Notes: generated from the sequence alone by a model not told the origin. Shown: positions 27,843-36,900, counted from the stretch's first letter. The stretch: 64,000 bases of DNA from Dehalococcoidia bacterium (GCA_034429715.1 DAOUFR010000058.1:7811-71810), one strand, 5' to 3'. Program-made: numbers and translations.

Positions 27843-28334
27843 TTAGCTCAACCGGAAGATGAGTGTGGCTCCCGGCTGTCTGGCCAGCTCTATACTATCT
27901 CCGTCCCTGAGAGCCTGCCTGCCTTTATGGTGGATATCGATATTGTTTACCCGTGTGTGATTGGTGCTTCCGGTGCCGTCGCGCCCGTGGTCCTGGACAA
28001 AATAAGTGCCGTTCTCGCGCGTAACGAGCAGATGCTGTCTGGAGATGCTCATCAGCGCATCTTGCGAGAGTTTGCCCTCGAAGTTACTGCGCTGAATGAA
28101 CTGGGAATTGTCCGCCAGAGTGATCTCCTCGCCTCCCGGCATGATCATCCTGGCCACGGCTCCCTGCGCTGCAGCTTCCGCAGCCTCTTCCATGACGGTG
28201 TCGTTGCTTGTACATTCCTTTTCGTCCGCCAGGTAATGCCCGCAGCTGTAACAGAAAAAGCTGCCGGCCCCGTTCAAGCCCTGGCAGGCCGGGCAGATGA
28301 CGCTGACGCTGATTACCTCTTCCATTACGATCAC
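27843..28334 (-). CDS. zinc-ribbon + FHA domain protein (163 aa), first gene of the kinase/phosphatase operon
   Basis: The N-terminus carries CPACQG...CYSCGH (4-Cys zinc ribbon), and the C-terminus an FHA domain (SRQHLLV...GSTNHTRVNN). Confidence 0.7.
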   Translation of the reverse strand: MIVMEEVISVSVICPACQGLNGAGSFFCYSCGHYLADEKECTSNDTVMEEAAEAAAQGAVARMIMPGGEEITLADNSQFIQRSNFEGKLSQDALMSISRQHLLVTRENGTYFVQDHGRDGTGSTNHTRVNNIDIHHKGRQALRDGDSIELARQPGATLIFRLS

Positions 28335-28364
28335 ATCATTCTAGTCTGCTGAAAAACCGACTGC

Positions 28365-28393
28365 TTGACAGCTTTCTGACGAATACCTAATAT
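28365..28393 (+). promoter_or_regulatory. sigma70-like promoter (TTGACA-17-TAATAT) for the FHA/winged-helix regulator gene
   Basis: TTGACA sits at 28365-28370 and TAATAT at 28388-28393, in a divergent intergenic region shared with the kinase operon. Confidence 0.45.
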
Positions 28394-28483
28394 AAATCTG
28401 ACATATATATTCAATGTGATGGTTGCCCTTGATATATTATACTGCAAGAGGAAATACAGCCTGCATATAGCAGGAGGCCCGTT

Positions 28484-29167
28484 GTGGCTTTTATTATAGT
28501 CAAGAAAGGCGATGCCGAAGACATCGGCAAGATTTTTACCCTCAGGCAGGCTGCCACGGTAGTCGGCCGGCGTACTCCCCAGTATAAGCCGGATATCGAA
28601 TTAAACGACGAGGCGGTATCCAGACGGCATTGCGAGATACTGGAAAAAGAAGGCCATTATCAGATAAGAGACCTGGGCAGCACGAACGGGACCGTGCTCA
28701 ACGACGACAGGATACTGTCGGGCAGGTTATATGACCTGAAACACAATTGCAAGATCGGGCTTGGTATGGCAGTAGGGCCGGCGCATTCCCTTTTGATATT
28801 CAAAGAGACGGAGAGCACCAATTTACTGGGGGGAAAGGGGGCAGGAGCAAGCCAGAAAGCTGTAGCGATGGATGTTAGCTGGCTCAAAATTGATGAGGCC
28901 AAGAAAGAGGTGCATGTGGACGGCGAGCCTGTGAAACTATCGCGCAAAGAGTACGAATTACTTAGTTATCTCTACGAAAACGCCGGTGTGGTCTGCCTGC
29001 GCGACGAGATTATCAAAGCCGTATGGTTCGATAGTCTGGACCCGGCCGCCATATCGGATGCGACGCTCGACCAGCTCGTGCACCGACTGCGGGAGAAGAT
29101 AGAACCCGACACCGCCAACCCCACCCGCATTATCAGCCGCAAGGCCTTCGGATACATGCTGGTATAA
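28484..29167 (+). CDS. FHA domain fused to an OmpR/PhoB-type winged-helix DNA-binding domain (transcription factor)
   Basis: The N-terminal FHA domain is GRR...VSRRHCEI...GSTNGTVLND. The C-terminal trans_reg_C-like region is VHVDGEPVKLSRKEYELLSYLYENAGVVCLRDEI...FGYMLV. AGGAGG precedes the GTG start. Confidence 0.7.
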   Translation: MAFIIVKKGDAEDIGKIFTLRQAATVVGRRTPQYKPDIELNDEAVSRRHCEILEKEGHYQIRDLGSTNGTVLNDDRILSGRLYDLKHNCKIGLGMAVGPAHSLLIFKETESTNLLGGKGAGASQKAVAMDVSWLKIDEAKKEVHVDGEPVKLSRKEYELLSYLYENAGVVCLRDEIIKAVWFDSLDPAAISDATLDQLVHRLREKIEPDTANPTRIISRKAFGYMLV

Positions 29168-29168
29168 A

Positions 29169-30041
29169 CTAATATTTGAAGGGCCGGTCCTTCCACCATG
29201 GGTAGAACGCAGGCATATCTTTGCTCGGCTTCATGGGGAAGGCGGGCGTCCTCTTCTCGAGGAACGACAAGATGCCTTCTTTGGCATCGGGCACGCCGAA
29301 AATCCAGTTGAGCGCCTTCGACTCCACCTGGTGGGCTTCCATGGGATGGTCTGCGCCCAGCATCTTCCACATAAGCTGGCGGCAGAACGCCACTGAAATG
29401 GGGGATGAGTTGTTGGCGATGCCGGCGGCGATCTCACGTGCCCGGGGCAGCAGCGCCTCGGGCTCCAGCAGTTCGCTCACCAGGCCCTTCTCGAAGGCCT
29501 CCTTCGCGCTGAACACCCGGCCGCTGTAAACCCACTCGGTCGCAACACCCATATTAACCAGCCGAGTTAAAAACCAGCTGGCGCAGCCGTCGAAAACAAT
29601 GCCGCGCCGGCAGAACACCAGTCCCATTTTGGCGCTGGTCGAGGCGATACGGATATCCATGGGGAACGTCATGGTTATGCCGAAGCCCACTGCCGGCCCG
29701 TTGATGGCCGCTATTAGCGGTTTCTTCATGTCGTATATGCGCAGCGATACGATGCCGCCCTCATCCCGGTGCGGTTGGTCGTCCTCCCGGCCCAGGAACC
29801 GTTCCATGAAGTACGAACCCTTGGCTTCTTCGCCGCCTCCCAGGGCAGCCCCTGCGCTGAATGCCCGGCCGGCGCCGGTGACTATCACCACACGCACGTC
29901 ATCGTCGTTATCGGCTCTCTCGAACGCGTCAAGCAGCTCTCTGCAGGTAGACGCCGTGATCGAGTTCATCTTGTCCGGATTGTTGAGCGTCAGCGTGAGA
30001 ATACCCTCCGCTACCTCGTATTTAAGCTCCTTGTACTCCAT
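29169..30041 (-). CDS. enoyl-CoA hydratase/isomerase family protein
   Basis: A crotonase signature is present (ILTLTLNNPDKMNSI, VVIVTGAGRAFSAGA). An AAGGAGG RBS is present. Confidence 0.75.
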   Translation of the reverse strand: MEYKELKYEVAEGILTLTLNNPDKMNSITASTCRELLDAFERADNDDDVRVVIVTGAGRAFSAGAALGGGEEAKGSYFMERFLGREDDQPHRDEGGIVSLRIYDMKKPLIAAINGPAVGFGITMTFPMDIRIASTSAKMGLVFCRRGIVFDGCASWFLTRLVNMGVATEWVYSGRVFSAKEAFEKGLVSELLEPEALLPRAREIAAGIANNSSPISVAFCRQLMWKMLGADHPMEAHQVESKALNWIFGVPDAKEGILSFLEKRTPAFPMKPSKDMPAFYPWWKDRPFKY

Positions 30042-30108
30042 GGGTTCCTCCTTTATCTACAATTTGAACGGCCTCTTGCCCCAGGCCGGGCTGAAGACGG
30101 ATAAAAAC

Positions 30109-31134
30109 TTATACCTGGATTGAAATTCCGTGGTCCTTCAGATCAGTGAGTATCTCAAAAGCCGCCCGGTGTTTGGTGTAAAGCAGCTCCGAAACGCCCT
30201 TGTTTGCCCCCTGTTTATGGGTGATCCTGAGCTCGCATGAGGCCAGTTTGCTGTTGAGACAATGCTTGCTCCCACCCGGCGGATTGTAGTAATTAAGTCC
30301 GGCGAACAGCTCTTTAGGGGCATGCATACGGCCTCTGATATCGACGTCGTCGTCGCATGACGCGAAATGCCAGTCGAAATAGGTGAATTTTCCCTCCGCT
30401 CTGATCGTCTGCATTACGTTGTTAAGCTTGTATTCCTGGCCTTTATGCCTGAGCGTGATGAGCGTCATGCGGGGTGTCCACAAAGGCCCTATTTTAACCC
30501 TGGCCGTGGCCACCTCGAGGAAGCTGTCACGGCTGTTGTCGAACCCGGCGACCTGACCCCAGGCGTAAAGGTCGGTATGCTTGGAGCCCCAGTTATGGTT
30601 CTGGCTGCCTATCCAGTTCTCGATTTTGATCTGGTCGCCGTCGACCTCCAGAGTGCCGTTGAAGCGGGCCAGGGGCAGCGGAACGCACAGCTTGGCCTTG
30701 GGGAAGTTGCCCGAATACATTTTCATGGGCAGGGGGAAGATGGGCCGGCTATCCCCACTGTATTTGAGGTCCCAGGTGATCGTATGGTTATGTGATGTGG
30801 CGCTGCCCTTGAGCCAGTCTTTATGCAGAAAAGCGTCTCCGATCCTGACGTCGAGGCCTGAACGACTGAAAGAGCACTGGCCGATATGCAGCTCTTTTTT
30901 CACTGCTGTACTGGACGGAGTCTCGCCGTTGAAATAGACCGCCCAGAGCTCGCCGATGGCCTTTTCGGGACGGCCGTGGGGATTGAAGATGGTGTACCTG
31001 ATCCAGAAAGCTAGAGGGCGCTCAGGATGATTGGCGCGCAGGAAATAGCTCTCGTAGTGGCCTGTCTGCTGTCCCGGCTGGTAGATAGCGCAGTTGGCGG
31101 CGCCCGACCAGTCTTTCTCTGTTGTCTTCATCAT
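30109..31134 (-). CDS. hypothetical protein (341 aa, Trp-rich; possibly a CrtC/AttH-like lipocalin-fold hydratase)
   Basis: A strong GGGAGG RBS supports real coding. I recognise no confident motif. The CrtC/AttH suggestion rests only on composition and an HYESYF-type N-terminal segment. Confidence 0.5.
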   Translation of the reverse strand: MMKTTEKDWSGAANCAIYQPGQQTGHYESYFLRANHPERPLAFWIRYTIFNPHGRPEKAIGELWAVYFNGETPSSTAVKKELHIGQCSFSRSGLDVRIGDAFLHKDWLKGSATSHNHTITWDLKYSGDSRPIFPLPMKMYSGNFPKAKLCVPLPLARFNGTLEVDGDQIKIENWIGSQNHNWGSKHTDLYAWGQVAGFDNSRDSFLEVATARVKIGPLWTPRMTLITLRHKGQEYKLNNVMQTIRAEGKFTYFDWHFASCDDDVDIRGRMHAPKELFAGLNYYNPPGGSKHCLNSKLASCELRITHKQGANKGVSELLYTKHRAAFEILTDLKDHGISIQV

Positions 31135-31178
31135 TAACCTCCCGGAGCCTGATAATCATAACGTAAAACCGGTTAAAA

Positions 31179-32429
31179 CTAAATGCCGCCCTCGATACAG
31201 TATTCCCGCAGTGTGTTAAGGGCTGCGAAAAACTCCTTCATCATGGTGCCCACCGTGTACATACCGCGCTTTGTGACTGAAATTATGCTGTTTTTCTCCT
31301 GGATAACACCGGCAATTTTAAAGAATAGCAGCTCCGCCCATATCCTGGCGTGGATATCCGAATCGAAGCGCTGTTTGAACTGCTGCGTGCTCAGGCTCAT
31401 ACCGAATAACCTGGTCAGCATGTAGTAACGGTATTGCTCGGTAGCGGAGAGATGACGTGTGCGGACTATGGGCAACCTTTCTTCCGCGATCAGCTTATGG
31501 TAGCCGTCCAGCGAGAAGGAATTGACCAGGAAATCGCCTCCCAGGAAGCTGACGGACCCGGCGCCGACGCCGATATAGTCATCGTAGTCGATGATATATT
31601 CGTCGATCATGAGGTCGCCGCGCGAAAAGCACCAGGCTGTCGAAGCTTTGTATCCGCCGTCCATCAGCTCCTGCAGGATTATCTCGTAATATTGCTTTTC
31701 GCGTTTGGTATCCACCCGGCGGAATTTTTTGGTCAGCGCATCCAGTTTATGTGGAGAGGGCATGAGCGGGTAGAAAGTGGCCTGGTCGGTGCCGAGGTCC
31801 TTGAAGATTTTTATATCGGAGCGGAACTGCTCCGGTGTCTGTGTGGGGAAGTTGAACATGAGGTCCACGTTGACCGTATCGAATTTGCCCTGCGCCAGCT
31901 TAAGCTTCTGTATGGAGTCTTCGCCCTTGAAAAGCGTCCTGCCCATGGCTTTAAGAAGGGAGTTATCGAAGCTTTGAACACCGATGGAAAGCCGGTTGAC
32001 TCCCATCTGTTTCAGCTGATCAACGGTGTCAGGCGTCAGCTCGCGCGGTGTGGTCTCAAGCGAGATGCGCCTGATCTCGAATTTCGATCTGAGGAAATCG
32101 ACGAAGCCGGACAGCTCGTCCATGAGGACGGTGGGCGTGCCGCCCCCGAAATAGAAGTCGTTGAATTTGAAACCCAGCGCGGCGTACAGGTCGACTTCCC
32201 GGCGCAGGTCTGCGAAGTAAGCGCGGGCTTGATCCTCCTTGAACAGGTAACGGTTGAAGCAGCAGAAGGGACACAGGGTGCGGCAGAAAGGGATGTGGAT
32301 ATAGAGGGATACCCTGTCCCCCCGTATAATGCCCTCTGAAGCGATGCGGGAAAGGTCCGCATCGCCTGTAAACCTGAGGAACTTCTGGCCTTCGTAGCGG
32401 ACGACCGAGCCGGCAAATAAACTGATCAT
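31179..32429 (-). CDS. radical SAM enzyme, HemN/HemW-like (oxygen-independent coproporphyrinogen-III oxidase family)
   Basis: The CxxxCxxC motif (IHIPFCRTLCPFCCF) sits in a HemN-like N-terminus, and a HemN C-terminal domain follows. Confidence 0.7.
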   Translation of the reverse strand: MISLFAGSVVRYEGQKFLRFTGDADLSRIASEGIIRGDRVSLYIHIPFCRTLCPFCCFNRYLFKEDQARAYFADLRREVDLYAALGFKFNDFYFGGGTPTVLMDELSGFVDFLRSKFEIRRISLETTPRELTPDTVDQLKQMGVNRLSIGVQSFDNSLLKAMGRTLFKGEDSIQKLKLAQGKFDTVNVDLMFNFPTQTPEQFRSDIKIFKDLGTDQATFYPLMPSPHKLDALTKKFRRVDTKREKQYYEIILQELMDGGYKASTAWCFSRGDLMIDEYIIDYDDYIGVGAGSVSFLGGDFLVNSFSLDGYHKLIAEERLPIVRTRHLSATEQYRYYMLTRLFGMSLSTQQFKQRFDSDIHARIWAELLFFKIAGVIQEKNSIISVTKRGMYTVGTMMKEFFAALNTLREYCIEGGI

Positions 32430-32480
32430 GTTTATTGAATGTGCAGCAGCTTAAAATTATCTGTGGTCGAGTTTACCAAG

Positions 32481-33089
32481 CTAAGCAAGCAATCCGTACA
32501 AAATGGTTTGAACCATTCTGTCCCCGGCAGCCGTTAAGTCGAAGCTGCCATCTTTTAAACACCATTCATACAGGATACCCCGATAACTCATCATGATAAA
32601 CCGGGTGATTTCCGTAGCGTCCGTATCGTCTTTTAGTATGCCGACTTTTAAACACTCATCTATCTGTTCAAGCACAGTATTAAACAATATGCCCCTCTCT
32701 GCTGCCATCACAGGATCTTTTCTGCCGGCGCTGATCTGACTCTGCATAACCACTTTAATAAAATCCACACCCAGATTGTCCATGTACCGGGATACAGATG
32801 CGCATAAGAATTTGAGCTTGTCGATCCGGCTATCTATTTCAGGTAGGACAGGAATTACTTCATCTCTAATTAATTTATTTATCGCCATGAAGTGCTCCAT
32901 GATAACCGCGTCTTTGGACTTGAAATGGATATAGAATGTCCCCAACGAAACGCCGGATTTTCTGCAGATCTCACTGATGGTAACCCTGTCGTATCCCTTT
33001 TTTGAGAACAGCGTAAGGGATGTCTGGTAAATCTTCTTGTGCGTAGCCAGCGACTGTTTTTTTCGATGAGTGGACTTTTTATTATTCAT
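32481..33089 (-). CDS. TetR-family transcriptional regulator
   Basis: The HTH is TLFSKKGYDRVTISEICRKSGVSLGTFYIHFKSKD. Confidence 0.75.
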   Translation of the reverse strand: MNNKKSTHRKKQSLATHKKIYQTSLTLFSKKGYDRVTISEICRKSGVSLGTFYIHFKSKDAVIMEHFMAINKLIRDEVIPVLPEIDSRIDKLKFLCASVSRYMDNLGVDFIKVVMQSQISAGRKDPVMAAERGILFNTVLEQIDECLKVGILKDDTDATEITRFIMMSYRGILYEWCLKDGSFDLTAAGDRMVQTILYGLLA

Positions 33090-33154
33090 GATAGGTACCT
33101 TCGCTATACAGTTAAACTATTATATTTGTAACTAACGTGAATTACAATTCAGGC

Positions 33155-33206
33155 TTGACAATATTTTGATAGTAGAATAGAATACATTCACTGAATATAT
33201 TCTATT
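33155..33206 (+). promoter_or_regulatory. sigma70-like promoter (TTGACA-17-TAGAAT) overlapped by the inverted repeat AATAGAATA-N13-TATTCTATT (candidate TetR operator)
   Basis: TTGACA sits at 33155-33160 and TAGAAT at 33178-33183. The inverted-repeat arms sit at 33176-33184 and 33198-33206. Confidence 0.45.
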
Positions 33207-33221
33207 ATTAGGAGGCTGTTG

Positions 33222-33974
33222 ATGGATTTGGGATTAAAAAACAAAACTGCTTTAGTTACAGGCGCCGGGAGTGGTGTGGGGCGAGAGGTAACGCGAGTGC
33301 TATGTTCAGAGGGGGCCATTGTTGCCGCTGCCGATATAGATTTGAAGAAAGCAGAGCAAACGGTTGAGTTGATGCAAGGTCTTAATGGCAGGGCGTTCGC
33401 CTATGAAATGGATGTGATCAACTGGAATAAGGTGCAGGATACCGTAGCCCTTTTTATAAAGAAAGCAGGTCATATAGATATTCTGGTCAATAATGCAGGC
33501 TATGGAGTATATAAGACCTTTGATACCACAACTTATGATGACTGGATGACCGATATCAATGTTAATCTCATCGGATCGCTGAACTGCGCAAGGGCGGTGA
33601 TTTCTCATATGTTGGAAAATAAATATGGGAAGATTGTAAATGTAGTATCCGATGCTGGAAAGACTGGTGAACGCTTTTTAGTAACTTATTCTGCGGCAAA
33701 AGCGGCCGTTATCGCTTTTGCTAAAGCGCTGGCGAAGGAAACAGGCAGGAGCAATATCAACGTCAATTGTGTTGCGCTCAGCAGTATTAAGACGCCGCTT
33801 ATTTTACCTTTTCTTACTCCGGAAGCCGAGAAGAAGATGATCAAGAGTTATCCGCTTGGTAGATTGGGGCTTCCGGAAGACCCTGCGAGTTTAATTGTGT
33901 TCCTGGCGTCCGACAGGGCGTCATGGATAACGGGGCAGGCTTTTTCGGTCAATGGCGGATATGCCATGGTTTAG
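33222..33974 (+). CDS. short-chain dehydrogenase/reductase (3-oxoacyl/3-hydroxyacyl-CoA reductase-like)
   Basis: TGAGSGVG marks the NAD(P) site and the catalytic YxxxK lies in YSAAK. Confidence 0.75.
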   Translation: MDLGLKNKTALVTGAGSGVGREVTRVLCSEGAIVAAADIDLKKAEQTVELMQGLNGRAFAYEMDVINWNKVQDTVALFIKKAGHIDILVNNAGYGVYKTFDTTTYDDWMTDINVNLIGSLNCARAVISHMLENKYGKIVNVVSDAGKTGERFLVTYSAAKAAVIAFAKALAKETGRSNINVNCVALSSIKTPLILPFLTPEAEKKMIKSYPLGRLGLPEDPASLIVFLASDRASWITGQAFSVNGGYAMV

Positions 33975-34002
33975 GCTTTCAAATAGAAGGAAGAAGGTTG
34001 TG

Positions 34003-35280
34003 ATGAAAGAAGTCTATGTCATTGGATCGTATTCAACTGTGTTCAAACGCTGGCCTGAGAAATCCGTAAAAGACCTAACAAGAATGGCTTATCTGGGAGT
34101 GCTTGAGGATATGGGGCTTGATGGTATATATCCTGAGAGTACCTGGTTCTCCAATTGCGGCTGGGGGCACACAATTCCAAGAGTGGAGGATGATCCGGGG
34201 GTGCTCGGTCAGATGAATATAAGGGGCCAGGTTGCCTTGGCACCTCTGGTGAATGAAGGATTATTTCCCAGACATATTCCGATAACAAACATTGAAAGCG
34301 CCTGTGCCAGCGGTTCGGTTGCGTTTCACGGGGCTTGGAGGGATATCCTTTCGGGAAATGTCGAAATCGCCCTTGCAATAGGTGCAGAAAAAGTATTTTT
34401 TCCGAAACAGCTGGCTAAAGTAGTGGAGTTATTCTCGGGAGGCATCGATGTTACTCGGGTGAGCGAGCTTTTCGAACAATATAAAACAGTCGGCGCCGAA
34501 TACGGAAAGGAATGGGCGGCATCTCCCGGCCATACGCTTTTTATGGATGTTTATGCCACACTGGCAGCCAGGCATATGAAGAAATTTGGTACCACGGTAG
34601 AACAGCTGGCGGTTGTTGCATCCAAGAATCATTTTCACGGCTCCCTCAATCCTCTGGCACAGTATCGGTTTGAGGTACCGGTTGAGAAGGTATTAAACGA
34701 TTATATGGTCAGCTGGCCTCTAACACGGTCCATGTGCTCACCTCTTGGAGACGGCGCTGCCGCCGCCATAGTCTGCTCCGATAAATTCTTAAGAAAGCTT
34801 CCAAGTTCGGTTAAAAAACGCGCAGTTAAAATTTTAGCCAGCGTACCGGCATCCGGATGTGAACACGCTATAGATGAGCCGTCGATAACTAACTGGGCAT
34901 CTCAAAAAGCTTACAAAATGGCAGGTATAAAAGCTGACGATGTGTGCTTTGCTGAAGTCCATGACGCTTCCTCCTTTGCTGAAGTCAATCAGCTGGAGCA
35001 ACTGGGATTTTGCCCATTGGGAACTGGGGGTACATATTCAGAAAGCGGTGCAACCAGATTTGACGGTGAAAAACCCATAAATACATCGGGTGGATTGGAA
35101 TCAAAAGGGCATCCGATCGGAGCAACCGGTCTATCTCAAATCAATGAAATCGCGATCCAATTGAGAGGAGAGGCGGGCAACAGACAGGTGCGGCGGCCCA
35201 AAATTGGTTTAGTTGAAAACGGCGGCGGCCTCATTGGCTTTGAAGAAAGCTGCTGTGTAATAACGATTTTGAGTAAGTGA
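34003..35280 (+). CDS. thiolase-like protein (SCP-x / nsLTP-type)
   Basis: It has a thiolase fold with an active-site Cys in NIESACASGS and C-terminal motifs. An RBS precedes ATG 34003. Confidence 0.7.
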   Translation: MKEVYVIGSYSTVFKRWPEKSVKDLTRMAYLGVLEDMGLDGIYPESTWFSNCGWGHTIPRVEDDPGVLGQMNIRGQVALAPLVNEGLFPRHIPITNIESACASGSVAFHGAWRDILSGNVEIALAIGAEKVFFPKQLAKVVELFSGGIDVTRVSELFEQYKTVGAEYGKEWAASPGHTLFMDVYATLAARHMKKFGTTVEQLAVVASKNHFHGSLNPLAQYRFEVPVEKVLNDYMVSWPLTRSMCSPLGDGAAAAIVCSDKFLRKLPSSVKKRAVKILASVPASGCEHAIDEPSITNWASQKAYKMAGIKADDVCFAEVHDASSFAEVNQLEQLGFCPLGTGGTYSESGATRFDGEKPINTSGGLESKGHPIGATGLSQINEIAIQLRGEAGNRQVRRPKIGLVENGGGLIGFEESCCVITILSK

Positions 35281-35303
35281 GTTATCTGAGGAGGAGAAGG
35301 AAG

Positions 35304-36860
35304 ATGTCGGAAAATGTCACACTGCAATTTTTACTGACTAATTCATTATTAAAATTCAGAGAAAGGGTCTTTGCGAAAATTGGTGATAATGAATATACCT
35401 ATCTTGATGTCCATCTGTGTTCGAATCGTATTGCTAACGCTATAAAGAAGGCAGGTTTTGGGCGCGGTGATTGCGTTGGCACGATATTGGTAAATGGTAT
35501 CGAACTGCTGAGTTGCGTGTTCGGTATCTATAAAGCCGGAGCTGCCTCAGTGGCCATGAACGTTATGGTAGGTGACAACGATATCGTTTACATTATTAAC
35601 GACGCTAAAGTCAATCTATTGATTATTGATTCAGCTCTGGTAGACAGGATTTTGAGTCTCAAGCCAAAATGCCCCACCCTGAAAAAAATCGTTGTTGTGG
35701 GCGCTGCTACGACTGACGGCTATACCTCCTATGAAGACTTTCAGAGCGGCCAGCCGGATACGACTCCCATATTGACTGCAAAACCTGATGACAATGCGGT
35801 GATTGTATACACGGGTGGCACTACCGGAAAGCCAAAAGGTGTGATTCATACGCAACGTTCGGGCTGGAATTTTGTAATCGCACAAACTGTAGGATTGAAC
35901 TGGCTGCGGGAAGACTCACTGCTGATCATGACTCCTCTGGGCCATGCTGTGGGCGCCATTATGTTTAGCGGAGCCACTGTGGGGTGCAAATTTATCATTG
36001 AGAAGCAGTTTGATCCGTTTAAAATACTCGAAATCATAGAAAAAGAGCGGGTTCAAAAGGTATTCCTTGTTCCAACCATTATCTATGTCCTTCTCGATCT
36101 TTTAAAGCAGAAAAAGTACGATTTGAGCTCATTGAACAGTATTTATTATGGAGCATCTCCCATCTCTGCCAACAGGCTTAAGGAGGCTATTGACCAATTC
36201 GGTCCCATATTGATGCAAAAATATGGCCAAAGTGAATGTCCCAATATGGTTACTACATTATCGATTGCAGACCATCTGAATGCGCTGGAAAATCCCAAAT
36301 TATTGCTTAGCTGCGGCAGGCCCGACGTCATGGCCGATGTAAAAATATTTGATGACAATGATAAAGAACTGAAAGTTGGTGAATTGGGTGAGATTTGTGT
36401 TCGAACGCCGTTTTCTATGAAAGGTTATTTGAATCAACCTGAATTGACCAGGCAAACGCTGAGAAATGATTGGCTCCATACGGGCGATATGGGAAGAATG
36501 GATGAGAATGGGTATGTATATATTGTAGATAGAAAAAAAGACATGGTTATCAGCGGCGGTATGAACGTATATCCAGCCGAGGTCGAAGGTGTAATAAGTA
36601 AACATCCCAAGGTAAAGCAGGTTTCTGTTATCGGCATCCCCGATGAAAAGTGGGGTGAGGCGGTAACTGCCGTAATCATTCCCGATGGAGATCTGTCCGA
36701 GCAGGATATCAAGGATTTCTGCCGAAATAAGCTTTCAAAATACGCTCAACCAAAAATTATCGTGTTCCAGGAACAGCTGCCACTCACACTGCTGGGTAAA
36801 GTCGATAAAAAAGCTTTGAGAGCTCCGTTCTGGAAGGGCGTAGAAAGGGCAGTGCATTAA
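35304..36860 (+). CDS. AMP-dependent acyl-CoA synthetase/ligase
   Basis: The AMP-binding motif YTGGTTGKPKGV and the C-terminal motif (GEICVRTP...KGY) are present. Confidence 0.8.
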   Translation: MSENVTLQFLLTNSLLKFRERVFAKIGDNEYTYLDVHLCSNRIANAIKKAGFGRGDCVGTILVNGIELLSCVFGIYKAGAASVAMNVMVGDNDIVYIINDAKVNLLIIDSALVDRILSLKPKCPTLKKIVVVGAATTDGYTSYEDFQSGQPDTTPILTAKPDDNAVIVYTGGTTGKPKGVIHTQRSGWNFVIAQTVGLNWLREDSLLIMTPLGHAVGAIMFSGATVGCKFIIEKQFDPFKILEIIEKERVQKVFLVPTIIYVLLDLLKQKKYDLSSLNSIYYGASPISANRLKEAIDQFGPILMQKYGQSECPNMVTTLSIADHLNALENPKLLLSCGRPDVMADVKIFDDNDKELKVGELGEICVRTPFSMKGYLNQPELTRQTLRNDWLHTGDMGRMDENGYVYIVDRKKDMVISGGMNVYPAEVEGVISKHPKVKQVSVIGIPDEKWGEAVTAVIIPDGDLSEQDIKDFCRNKLSKYAQPKIIVFQEQLPLTLLGKVDKKALRAPFWKGVERAVH

Positions 36861-36900
36861 AAAGCAACTTATCGAGATTAGTGGTTGAAGGAGTAATAAA

